Counted from the first letter of the stretch, positions 18,584-27,161 are shown. The stretch: 64,000 nucleotides of DNA from Dehalococcoidia bacterium (GCA_965243185.1 OZ251531.1:543665-607664), one strand, 5' to 3'. Notes: generated from the letters alone by a model not told the origin. Program-made: numbers and translations.

Positions 18584-19065
18584 CGTCAAGGTTGACCTGA
18601 CCCCGGGACGCCGGGTTCTTTACGCTAAGCTTACCGTAAAACTTAATATCGCTCCACACAGCGCGCTGTGGGCCCCGCCAAACCCTAACCGGCAAAGCGG
18701 ACGCCTCAAACACTCCTTACCCCCGGGAACGGACTAAGGCCCCGTCAATCCCCACCCGGAGCAGCGGCCAACGGCAAATCCCACCCGCCGTACCAAACCG
18801 CCGCCCCAGACTACAGGAGTCGGAGCAACCCAGGTTGACTGGAGAACGGTCAACCGCGGTCGCAACACCGGGCCAACCCGCCGGCATGGCAACCATACCA
18901 ACCGGCGCCAGTAGCCACTATAAGGTAGCGCAACCGTAATCGGCAATCTGGCCGGGCAAAGCCGGAATTGGTAGCCAGAAGTCCAACCGGCGTTTGGCAA
19001 CCCACTAGGTCAGACCTGCCAACCCTTCTCCCGACAAGGCGGAAACCGCGGCCGCGGTTTCCGCC
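18584..19065 (+). ncRNA. candidate large structured ncRNA, unclassified (copy 1 of 2); strand assigned from the promoter only
   Basis: ~480 nt between the conserved promoter and a perfect 28-nt palindrome ggcggaaaccgcggccgcggtttccgcc (19038-19065). It is dense in GC hairpins. It aligns with 52071-52546 with non-3n indels, so no ORF is conserved. Homology to copy 2 starts upstream at 18437. Confidence 0.4.
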
Positions 19066-19074
19066 AACACCGGT

Positions 19075-19380
19075 ATCTCCCACTAACCTAACCTATCCTC
19101 TCCCCCATCTCCCACTAACCTAACCTATCCTCTCCCCCATCTCCCACTAACCTAACCTATCCTCTCCCCCATCTCCCACTAACCTAACCTATCCTCTCCC
19201 CCATCTCCCACTAACCTAACCTATCCTCTCCCCCATCTCCCACTAACCTAACCTATCCTCTCCCCCATCTCCCACTAACCTAACCTATCCTCTCCCCCAT
19301 CTCCCACTAACCTAACCTATCCTCTCCCCCATCTCCCACCCTAACCTATCCTCTCCCCCATCTCCCCCACTTACTCCTCC
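19075..19380. repeat. tandem repeat array: 8 perfect copies of a 32-bp unit, then a 29-bp variant and a partial unit
   Basis: Unit atctcccactaacctaacctatcctctccccc starts at 19075, 19107, 19139, 19171, 19203, 19235, 19267 and 19299. Variant unit at 19331, degenerating by ~19380. No spacers, so not CRISPR. Confidence 0.95.
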
Positions 19381-19914
19381 AACCCCGCCGCTCCCTCACC
19401 ACTCCCCCAATTCTAAAACTCCAACCAAAATTATCCCTTTTCTAAAAATCGTAAAAAACCGTATCCTTCTCTTGTTGACATCATCTTTTACCCATTGGTA
19501 ACTTCAATCCAGTTTCCGGGGCGCAGTGCGGAGCCATCAAACGCCCGCCCAACGCCACCGCAGACACCACCGTTCGGGGCGAATTCCCGCCGCCGGCCGG
19601 CCCATTTCCGACTCTGTCTCTGCCTATACCGGGTAGCGGCAAGTCTATCGATAAAGGTATCGCCAAGGCAGCTTTGGGGGTTTCCCTATACGGCGGGGCG
19701 GCTTGCTCCCCCAGGTATCCATTCCCTTTCTCTTAATTGCCCCGCAGCGGCGGAAACCCCGGCAATCCGGACCAAGAACGAGGCGTTTCTACGGACGATT
19801 ATGGCATCTCCAGCGGCATTGCCCCGGGAATATCGGTTGGGCGGTTGGGCCGCCGGCTTTACCAGCCGGCGACCGCGGCGGCGGCTTCCCGGCGGCCCGG
19901 TCAGGGTTAAGGGA

Positions 19915-20892
19915 ATGGATACTCCCTGGCACCGGCCCGTCTTGCTGCCGGAGGTCTTGGGTCAGTTGGGCGCGCGCCCGGACGGGTGGTATGTGGATGG
20001 CACCGTGGGCGACGGAGGGCATAGCGCAGCCCTCCTCCGGGCTGCCGCGCCTAATGGGAAAGTGTTGGGCATCGACCGCGACCCTCGTTCTTTAGTCCGG
20101 GCGGCCGCCCGCCTCCAGCCCTTTAACCACGCCAGTACCCTGCCCACCGAACCGGCCCCCTTTACTCCGGTAAAAGGCAGCTACGCCGATTTGCTCGAAC
20201 TGGCCGGCCAAACTTGGGGCCAGGGTAGCCAAGCCGACGGCATCCTGCTCGACTTGGGTATCAGTTCCCGCCAGGTGGACGCCCCCGGCTTCGGCGGCAG
20301 TTTCCAACGGGACGAACCCCTCGATATGCGCTTCGACCTGGCCGCCGCCATCCCCACGGCCGCCGACCTGGTCAACGCTTGGCCCGCCGCCGACCTCGCC
20401 CGTATCCTCCACGAATACGGCGAGGAACCCCGCGCCCGGGCCATCGCCCGCGCTATCGTCAGCCATCGCCCCATCAATACTACCGGCCAACTGGCCGCCC
20501 TGATTGCCCAAGTAGCCGGCAATCCCGGCAACCGCGGCCGCCAACGTATCAACCCGGCCACCCGCGCCTTTCAAGCCCTGCGGATTGCCGTCAACGACGA
20601 ACTGAACCAGCTGACTGCCGGACTGAACGCCGCCCCCCAACTCCTCAAACCCGGCGGCCGCCTCGCCGTCATCAGCTACCACAGCCTCGAGGACCGTATC
20701 GTCAAAAGAACCCTGACCACGGCGGCGGCGGCCTGTATCTGCCCCCCCGGTCTCCCGGTCTGCCGCTGTGACCATCAGCCCACCCTGCGCCTGGTCAACC
20801 GCCGGGTCATCAAGCCCGGCCCGGAGGAAATCGCCGCCAACCCCCGCAGCCGCAGCGCCCGCTTGCGCGTCGCTGAACGGTTGGCCGGCTGA
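19915..20892 (+). CDS. rsmH: 16S rRNA (cytosine1402-N4)-methyltransferase
   Basis: MDTPWHRPVLLPEVLGQLGARPDGWYVDGTVGDGGHSAALL...DLGISSRQVD...FQALRIAVNDEL...GGRLAVISYHSLEDRIVK is canonical RsmH/MraW. The 140-codon upstream extension of ORF 19495.. has no protein-like sequence. Confidence 0.9.
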   Translation: MDTPWHRPVLLPEVLGQLGARPDGWYVDGTVGDGGHSAALLRAAAPNGKVLGIDRDPRSLVRAAARLQPFNHASTLPTEPAPFTPVKGSYADLLELAGQTWGQGSQADGILLDLGISSRQVDAPGFGGSFQRDEPLDMRFDLAAAIPTAADLVNAWPAADLARILHEYGEEPRARAIARAIVSHRPINTTGQLAALIAQVAGNPGNRGRQRINPATRAFQALRIAVNDELNQLTAGLNAAPQLLKPGGRLAVISYHSLEDRIVKRTLTTAAAACICPPGLPVCRCDHQPTLRLVNRRVIKPGPEEIAANPRSRSARLRVAERLAG

Positions 20893-20961
20893 ACCCCGGG
20901 AAAGCGGAAACCCGGCAACGGAAACTATCGGAAAACTCTTTAAGAAGGACGGGGAAACCTG

Positions 20962-22230
20962 GTGAAAGAGACATTCTACACCGCCCTGGATTTGGGCGCC
21001 AGCAAGGTGTGTTCCATCGTAGCCCGCGTCGGCGCCGAAGGCGAACTGAAAGTCCTCGGCAGCGGCATCACCCCTTCCCGGGGCATCCAAAAGGGCCGCG
21101 TCGAAAACCTCGAGGAAGTCAAGGCCGCCGTCAAAGCGTCCCTCGACGAAGCTCACCGCTATGTCGGCCGCAGCGCCCACGGCGGCGCCTATCTGGTCGT
21201 CAGCGGCGACCACCTGTCCAGCGTCAATACCAAAGACATCTGGCAGCCTAACGCCGCCGGCAGTAGCAGCATCTCCGAAGGGGAAATGCACCGCCTCATC
21301 CGGGCTTCCTTGCCCCAACTCGACGAAAACCGCGAAGTGCTGCACATCATCCCCATGGGCTACCAGGTGGACGGCTTGGCTGGCGTCCGCAATCCCATGG
21401 GACTTCACGCCAGCCAGGTGCAGCTCGAAGCCCATGTCATCACCGCCGAAGCCGCCGCCCTCAAAAACGCCGCCACCGCCGCCGAAGCCAACCGCATCCC
21501 GGTCAACGGCCTTGTCGCCCAATCCCTGGCCGCCGCCGAAGCCGTCCTGACCGCCGACGAGCGGGAAATGGGCGTTATTCTGATGGACATTGGCGGCGGC
21601 ACTACCGATGTATCCCTGTTCCGAGATGGCAGCCCGGTCTGCACTACCGTACTCCCGGTCGGCGGCATTCAGCTGACCCGGGATTTGGCGGTAGCGGAAC
21701 GCATTCCCTACTATGTAGCCGAGGAAGTCAAGTTGCAGTGGGGCAACGCCCTGCCGGAGTTGGCGGTGGATGATGAAGTGGTGCTGCCGGGCAGTCCCGG
21801 CGAGGAGGAGCGGATTGCCCGGCGGCGGACGCTCTGTGAGCCGCTCAGCGCCCGGATGCTGGAAATCCTCGAACTATCCATCCGCCGGCTCAGCGAACAG
21901 AGCGGCCTGAACCGCCTGCCCGATGGCGGCCTGGTCTTTACCGGCGCGGGGGCCGAACTGGCCGGCTTGCGCGAACTCACCGAAAAATATCTCAGCGGGC
22001 CGGTGCGGATTGCCTACCCGGAAAATGTCCCCGGCCTGCCCTCCCAACTGCGGAAACCCGGCTTTTCCGCCGCCGTGGGCGCCCTGCTCTGGGGCATCAA
22101 ACATCAGGGGGAACGCCGCAACTACCGCAGCAGCGGCGGCAGTTCCGAAAGCCCCGGCGAAGCCATCACCAGGGGGTACAAATCTCTCCTCAGCCGCATC
22201 AAGCGCGCCACCGAAAAAGTTCCCCGGTAG
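20962..22230 (+). CDS. ftsA: cell division protein FtsA
   Basis: FYTALDLGASKVCSIVARVGAEGELKVLGSGITPSRGIQKGRVENLEEV...MDIGGGTTDVSLF...VFTGAGAELAGL shows actin-like ATPase motifs in the FtsA order. GTG start. Confidence 0.9.
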   Translation: MKETFYTALDLGASKVCSIVARVGAEGELKVLGSGITPSRGIQKGRVENLEEVKAAVKASLDEAHRYVGRSAHGGAYLVVSGDHLSSVNTKDIWQPNAAGSSSISEGEMHRLIRASLPQLDENREVLHIIPMGYQVDGLAGVRNPMGLHASQVQLEAHVITAEAAALKNAATAAEANRIPVNGLVAQSLAAAEAVLTADEREMGVILMDIGGGTTDVSLFRDGSPVCTTVLPVGGIQLTRDLAVAERIPYYVAEEVKLQWGNALPELAVDDEVVLPGSPGEEERIARRRTLCEPLSARMLEILELSIRRLSEQSGLNRLPDGGLVFTGAGAELAGLRELTEKYLSGPVRIAYPENVPGLPSQLRKPGFSAAVGALLWGIKHQGERRNYRSSGGSSESPGEAITRGYKSLLSRIKRATEKVPR

Positions 22231-22378
22231 CGCAGCGGCGGCCGTCGAGAGCAGACTTTGCCAATGGCGGGAACGGGAGCGTCAACTCGATTAAACCCGG
22301 CAGACCCGGCCCCGGCGGCGGCAAGGCGCAGTTATCGCAGTCTTGGTCAACTTTAGTCAGTTCGGAAGGAGTGGAATT

Positions 22379-23539
22379 ATGGTATTCGGAAACACCGCAT
22401 CTTGGGAACCCGGCCGGGAGCATAACGACCCGGCGGCCAACGCCATGCCGGAAATCGCCCGGGGCGTCCCCCTCATCAAAGTCCTCGGCGTCGGCGGCGG
22501 CGGCAGCAACGCGGTCAGCCGGATGTATAAGGACAAACTCCCGGTGGTCGAGTATTACGCCCTTAACACCGACGCCCAGCACCTTTTCCGCTGCGACGTC
22601 GCCCACCGCATCGCCCTCGGCCAGAACCTCACCCGCGGCCTCGGCTCCGGCGCCCAGCCCGAACTCGGCCGCCAGTCCGCCGAGGAATCCCGCCCCGACA
22701 TCGAAAAAGCCGTCGACGGCGCCGATATGGTCTTTGTCGCCGTCGGGATGGGCGGCGGCACCGGCACCGGCGCCGCCCCGGTGGTCTGCGAAATCGCCAA
22801 ATCCAGCGGTGCTTTGACCGTCGCCGTGGTCAGCCGCCCCTTCTCCTTCGAGGCCGCCGCCCGCCGCAAAAATGCTGAGGAAGGCATCGAACGCCTCAAG
22901 GAACACGCCGATACGGTCATCGTCATCCCCAACGACCGCCTCCTGGAACTCAACCAGGAGAAAGACCAGACCTTTACTTGGGAGGATGCCCTGAAAATGG
23001 CCGACTCCGTCCTGCATCAGGGCGTTCAGGCCATTGCCGAAGTGGTAACTGTCCCCGGCGAAATCAATGTGGACTTCGCCGATGTCAAAACCATCCTCAG
23101 CAACGCCGGCCCGGCCTGGCTGGCCATCGGCCGCGGCAAGGGCGACAACCGGGCCATTGACGCCGCCCGGATGGCCACCCGTAGCCCCCTGCTCGACATT
23201 GCCATGGAAGGGGCCAAGCGCATCCTCTTTGTCATCACCGGCGGCACCAGCCTTTCCTTGCAGGAAGTCCAGGACGCCGCCCATGTCCTCGAGGAAATGT
23301 CCGACCCGGAGGCCAATATCATCTTTGGCACCAGCCGCGACCCGCGCCTCGAAGACGAAGTCAAAATGACGATGGTCGCCGCAGCGTTCCCGGTGCTGCA
23401 AGACAATCAGCGGGCCCGGGAAGCCGAGTTGCAGCGGCTCCTCCAGGATATGCCCCGCCAAAGCGACGACGAGCTGGATGTCCCCAGCTTCCTGCGCCGG
23501 CAGCAGGGCAGCAGCAATCGCCGCGGCTTCTTTCGCTAA
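22379..23539 (+). CDS. ftsZ: cell division protein FtsZ
   Basis: IKVLGVGGGGSNAVSRMY...GMGGGTGTGAAPVV (tubulin signature)...C-terminal DELDVPSFLRRQ peptide. GGAAGGAG RBS lies before ATG 22379. Confidence 0.95.
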   Translation: MVFGNTASWEPGREHNDPAANAMPEIARGVPLIKVLGVGGGGSNAVSRMYKDKLPVVEYYALNTDAQHLFRCDVAHRIALGQNLTRGLGSGAQPELGRQSAEESRPDIEKAVDGADMVFVAVGMGGGTGTGAAPVVCEIAKSSGALTVAVVSRPFSFEAAARRKNAEEGIERLKEHADTVIVIPNDRLLELNQEKDQTFTWEDALKMADSVLHQGVQAIAEVVTVPGEINVDFADVKTILSNAGPAWLAIGRGKGDNRAIDAARMATRSPLLDIAMEGAKRILFVITGGTSLSLQEVQDAAHVLEEMSDPEANIIFGTSRDPRLEDEVKMTMVAAAFPVLQDNQRAREAELQRLLQDMPRQSDDELDVPSFLRRQQGSSNRRGFFR

Positions 23540-23699
23540 ACCCTGACCTAACCGCAACGGGGCCGGCAATACCGCCGGCCCCAATGCCAACCCTAACCCG
23601 GTCAACCCGGGCTAACTCCGAGGAATGTTCTCGGCGGCTGCACGCAGTATTACAATCCTCCAACAACCCCGACCGCAACCAGTCCCGAGAATCGGAATG

Positions 23700-23732
23700 A
23701 AGGCCGCCCCCCTTTAACCGGGGGGCGGCCTT
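23700..23732. terminator. GC-rich hairpin between convergent ftsZ and the 23747 gene (terminator-like, no clear U-tract)
   Basis: aaggccgcccccc (23700-23712), loop tttaacc, ggggggcggcctt (23720-23732); a 13-bp perfect stem. Confidence 0.5.
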
Positions 23733-23746
23733 ATTATCCCCAAACC

Positions 23747-26700
23747 CTAACTCCGCAAGCCCAAAGCCTTCATAATGGTTTCGTTGCCGCCGTGGACCGC
23801 CGGCTCCCGGCACCAGAGGCTGCGAAGGTGGGACAGGGCCCGGGCCGCCGCCGCATTGCCGCCCAAGCCGACCAACTCCAGAGCCGCCGCGTCGATTTTG
23901 TGCCGGTTCGCATCCCGGAAAGCGTAGGAAATCGGCTCCAGCGGCAAAGTTGCCAGTTCCCCATAGCGTTCCGGCGCCAGTTGCCGCGCCTGCTGGCCGG
24001 CGGGAGTATCGGCGGCAAAGTTGGGGACGGGGAAACCGGCTAACCCGCGTATTTGCATCCGGGAACGACCGGCTTGAGTCGTTTGACCATAACAAACCCG
24101 GGTCAGCAGTCCCAAAGTGGAATTGAGCCAAATCGCCAGAGCGTCTTTCACCCCGGCGTCCACCAGCAACGCCGTCCAAGTCGAACCGCCCATTGCCAAA
24201 TCAGCCGTCCGGGCGGCAGCCAAGGCTTGAGAGGTCATCCGCAGGTTGCGGGAGATGAACAAGTCGCTCCTTTGCGCCAACATCTGCCGTTGCAAATCCT
24301 CCCGGTCGGCAACCGGCTGCCCCTCGTGGGTGGGATTAGTCAAGATACTTTGCTGGGTTTTGCTGTCCACCGACCAAAGGGCTGGATAATTAAGTACTTG
24401 CCCTTCTGCAATCGGGTCAAAGGTAAAAGCCCCGATTTCCTCGTTCCCGCGAATATGGCCGATTAGGTGATGAGTAGGGCCAATAGCGGAATGGCTCGGT
24501 TCCTGCTCTCTCTCTACCCGGTCGAAAGTGAAAGCGCCGCGACCGTCACCGCCGCGGGGATGACCGATTAAATCATGAGTGGGACCAACGCTGACCACTT
24601 CCCGGAGCGCAGTGAACTCCAGGCTCAACTCCCAACTCTCCATATTCTGAATGGAATAAAACCGGCCGGCCATCAATTCAGCAGCGGTGCGGGCCAGGTG
24701 ATGGTCTTGCATCCCCACGGTGAACCAGGGAAAGCCGGCGGCGGTTACATTCTGAACCACCCAACTCCCGATGTTCTTGCCCATATCCGTATCGTAGATG
24801 ACATCGCCGCCCCGCTCCGGTTGACCGAGGCGATTGAACAGCTTGGCATACCAGAACGCCTCAGACAGGGACTCCGGGGCGGCGCTCAGGTTGATACAGA
24901 GCAATCGGGCTTGCTCGGAATCGGGTTTCGGCTCCATCCGCTTGGTAGCTATCAGGAGCATCTCGTTCATATTCGTTTCGGCGGACAGCATCGCGCCGGC
25001 GTTGGAAACGAAAGCGATAGCAGTAAGCTCCTGGTATTCGGTTTCCAGAGTCTTGCGGAAACCTTGCCAGGATTCGGAATGGGCCGCGGTCAAGGGCAGC
25101 ACGGTAGCAAAGACGCCGCCCTTTTTCAGCTTGCGGTCGGCCAGAGCGGAAAAATCCGCCCCCATACCGGCTTGACCGTGGGGAATTTCGTTGCCGGCCC
25201 GGCGGAGTTTATCCCGGAGGTTTTTCAACCGGGTCTCACTGCGTTGGCGTTCTTTTTCACTGATGCCGGCTATAGCAAAGGGCTGAAACCCGCCCTTGGC
25301 CCTGGTATAGGGCGGGTTCTGGATAACTAAATCCCGGCTTTCGTTCTGCACCTCAATGTTGGTCGGCAGGGCGCAGTCATCAGTGGCGGCGCTGACGGTT
25401 TGGCCGGTAATATCGGTTATCTGTTCCGAATCCAGCAACTCCAGGGAACCGGCTTTCCCGCCTAGCACGGCTACCGCCGCAATGTTGGTACGATGGTATT
25501 CGGTTGCCAATTCCGTTACCGACAGACCGGCGGCGGTCATGTGGGCGGCCAAAGCGTTGATGTCCAAGCCGGTAATGGACTCCTCCATCATTCGCTGGTG
25601 CAAACCCTCCCCGGTGCCGCCGGCGGCGTCGTGGCGGCTGCGGATGTGTCGGTAGGGGGCCCGCAGTAGAGAGCCGGTGCCGCAGGCAAAGTCCGCTATT
25701 TTCAGAGACGCTACTTCCTGCGGCGACTGCCATTCTTGCAAGTTCAAGCGGGCCACTGCCATCTGGGACAGCAGCTCCGCTGTTTCCGGCAAGGTGTAAT
25801 GGGCGGCCGTTTCCTCCCGGTCGCTCAGCAGTTCCGGGAACAGCTCGCCGGCAAAGTCCACCCGGTTGCCCAAGCGCAAGTTAGTTATCCGGGACGCCTG
25901 CCGAGCCAGTAGGGTTATAACATCCCCGCCAACGGTATCCGGCATCCGGAGATGCAGGACATTGCGGGCCGCATTGAACACCGCTTTGTAGTTGAACGCC
26001 AGGATTTTGCCCCACTCGACGCGCACATCGTCAGGGATAATTACCGCCCCGGCTTGGCTCACAAAGCGCATTTCCGATAGGGTTTTCAATCCCTGCGCTT
26101 TCAGGTCATCGGAAGTTTCCGCCAGCAGGTTCTGCAAGCGCAAAGAAGTCAACCAGATACAGCACGCCATCCGCAGCCCTTGCCGCAAGTCGGTCTGTCC
26201 CAACTCTTTAGCGATTTCTTGAATCGCCGCCGGCTCCAATCCCCGATACAGTGCCTCAGCCAAGTTATTGATTTGGGCGGCGACAGATTTAGCCGTGTCG
26301 GTAACCAGCTGCGGCGGGGCGGCGGCGTATTCGCACAACACCGCCAAATCCTCCAGATTGCCGGTTACAAAGCCGGGGCGCCGCGGCCAATAATGGATGT
26401 CGGCATCGGTCAGGGTTACTTCGCCTGCCTCGTCGCCCCGGATGTTGGCGGAAAGGATGGCGTATTTCAATTCCACCGCGTAGGGGTCAGCCAGCCATTC
26501 CTGCAACTGGCGGTCGGACCAGCTGCGGATTTCGGGGGCCGCGCCGATGGCAATGGCGGAGCGGATGGGAACGGCAGTGCCATGCACCCGCTTGCCCAAC
26601 CGGCTGCGGGCATCCGCAAAAGCCGGGTCGCCGAACTCCACTTCCAGCACCACCGGGTAAATCTCCGGCGTCTGCGCCAGAATATCCGGGCGGTCGGCTT

Positions 26701-26866
26701 GGGCGTCCCACAAAACCCGATTCCGCTCGCAAAGGATCGCTTTATCGGATTCCCGCCACGCCTTGCGCCGGGTGCGGAGGGCTTGGGCCAGGGCGATGTT
26801 AAAGGTCTGCTCGTGCATCTGCCCGCCCGCCGCCGGTTCCATTCCTGATAAGTGTTGCGTAGTCAT
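23747..26866 (-). CDS. large fusion protein: N-terminal HsdR-N/PD-(D/E)xK-like region, gamma-class N6-adenine DNA methyltransferase, ~400-aa C-terminal region (type IIG-like architecture)
   Basis: 1039 aa; AAGGAAGG RBS. N-terminus RPDILAQTPEIYPVVLEVEFGD. AAHYTLPETAELL (motif X), IADFACGTGSLL (motif I), LVIQNPPYTRAKGG (motif IV, intact NPPY), VLPLTAAHSESWQGFRKTLETEY. Internal duplication VGPTHDLIGHPRGGDGRGAFTFD / IGPTHHLIGHIRGNEEIGAFTFD. Confidence 0.75.
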   Translation of the reverse strand: MTTQHLSGMEPAAGGQMHEQTFNIALAQALRTRRKAWRESDKAILCERNRVLWDAQADRPDILAQTPEIYPVVLEVEFGDPAFADARSRLGKRVHGTAVPIRSAIAIGAAPEIRSWSDRQLQEWLADPYAVELKYAILSANIRGDEAGEVTLTDADIHYWPRRPGFVTGNLEDLAVLCEYAAAPPQLVTDTAKSVAAQINNLAEALYRGLEPAAIQEIAKELGQTDLRQGLRMACCIWLTSLRLQNLLAETSDDLKAQGLKTLSEMRFVSQAGAVIIPDDVRVEWGKILAFNYKAVFNAARNVLHLRMPDTVGGDVITLLARQASRITNLRLGNRVDFAGELFPELLSDREETAAHYTLPETAELLSQMAVARLNLQEWQSPQEVASLKIADFACGTGSLLRAPYRHIRSRHDAAGGTGEGLHQRMMEESITGLDINALAAHMTAAGLSVTELATEYHRTNIAAVAVLGGKAGSLELLDSEQITDITGQTVSAATDDCALPTNIEVQNESRDLVIQNPPYTRAKGGFQPFAIAGISEKERQRSETRLKNLRDKLRRAGNEIPHGQAGMGADFSALADRKLKKGGVFATVLPLTAAHSESWQGFRKTLETEYQELTAIAFVSNAGAMLSAETNMNEMLLIATKRMEPKPDSEQARLLCINLSAAPESLSEAFWYAKLFNRLGQPERGGDVIYDTDMGKNIGSWVVQNVTAAGFPWFTVGMQDHHLARTAAELMAGRFYSIQNMESWELSLEFTALREVVSVGPTHDLIGHPRGGDGRGAFTFDRVEREQEPSHSAIGPTHHLIGHIRGNEEIGAFTFDPIAEGQVLNYPALWSVDSKTQQSILTNPTHEGQPVADREDLQRQMLAQRSDLFISRNLRMTSQALAAARTADLAMGGSTWTALLVDAGVKDALAIWLNSTLGLLTRVCYGQTTQAGRSRMQIRGLAGFPVPNFAADTPAGQQARQLAPERYGELATLPLEPISYAFRDANRHKIDAAALELVGLGGNAAAARALSHLRSLWCREPAVHGGNETIMKALGLRS

Positions 26867-26899
26867 ATCCGCGCCTTCCTTTTCTCAACTGCCGCCGCA

Positions 26900-26908
26900 A
26901 TCATAGCA
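26900..26908 (-). promoter_or_regulatory. extended -10-like element (TGCTATGAT on the minus strand) upstream of the 26866 start
   Basis: The reverse complement of atcatagca is tgctatgat, ~33 nt upstream of the ATG. Confidence 0.4.
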
Positions 26909-27096
26909 CACCGCCAACGGCTAAGCCATCCCGCCCGTAACCCCCGGGTCACTGACAGTTGCCCCTTCCGCCGGGGGCGGTTGCTGCCGGATAATTGAAA
27001 GGGAGCCGGGGCGCGGCGGCGGTCCCGGGCCGGGGGAAATTGACCGGAATTGGGGCAAAACTGGTTTTTTAAGGCGGATTTCAGGGGCGAAATCTA

Positions 27097-27126
27097 TTGA
27101 CTTATACTTGGGGGCGGCGATACAAT
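27097..27126 (+). promoter_or_regulatory. sigma70-type promoter upstream of nrdR
   Basis: TTGACT (27097-27102), 18-nt spacer, TACAAT (27121-27126). Confidence 0.55.
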
Positions 27127-27130
27127 CCCG

Positions 27131-27146
27131 CTACTATAAATTGTAT
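27131..27146 (+). promoter_or_regulatory. NrdR-box-like operator 1
   Basis: ctactataaattgtat matches 12 of 16 positions of the published NrdR box consensus as I recall it (acaCwAtATaTwGtgt). It lies immediately downstream of the -10. Confidence 0.5.
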
Positions 27147-27161
27147 CGCTGAGCGGAAGCA

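Noticed and set aside
18886-18939. 17-codon ORF (MATIPTGASSHYKVAQP) inside the repeated element. It is conserved in frame in copy 2 (MATIPTGASSQLKVKQP), and one of the variable patches falls inside it.
   Set aside because: No Shine-Dalgarno or -10 element lies in front of it, and it sits ~300 nt into a hairpin-dense region. Frame conservation over 18 codons with only substitutions could be chance. It is kept only as a note to check with ribosome profiling.
18734-19083. Minus-strand ORFs (88 and 77 aa) within element copy 1, and their counterparts (113 and 84 aa) in copy 2.
   Set aside because: The two copies share peptide patches only in shifting frames, because the inter-copy indels are not multiples of three. 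The sequences are Gly/Arg/Trp-rich and motif-less.
19075-19380. Regular 32-bp repeat array considered as a CRISPR array.
   Set aside because: The units are contiguous with no spacers. There is no palindromic repeat core and no cas genes in the window. It is a plain tandem repeat.
19495-19914. 140-codon N-terminal extension of the rsmH ORF in the track.
   Set aside because: The translation (..PGRSAEPSNARPTPPQTPPFGANSRRRPAHFRL..) is not protein-like. RsmH homology begins at MDTPWHRPVLL (ATG 19915).
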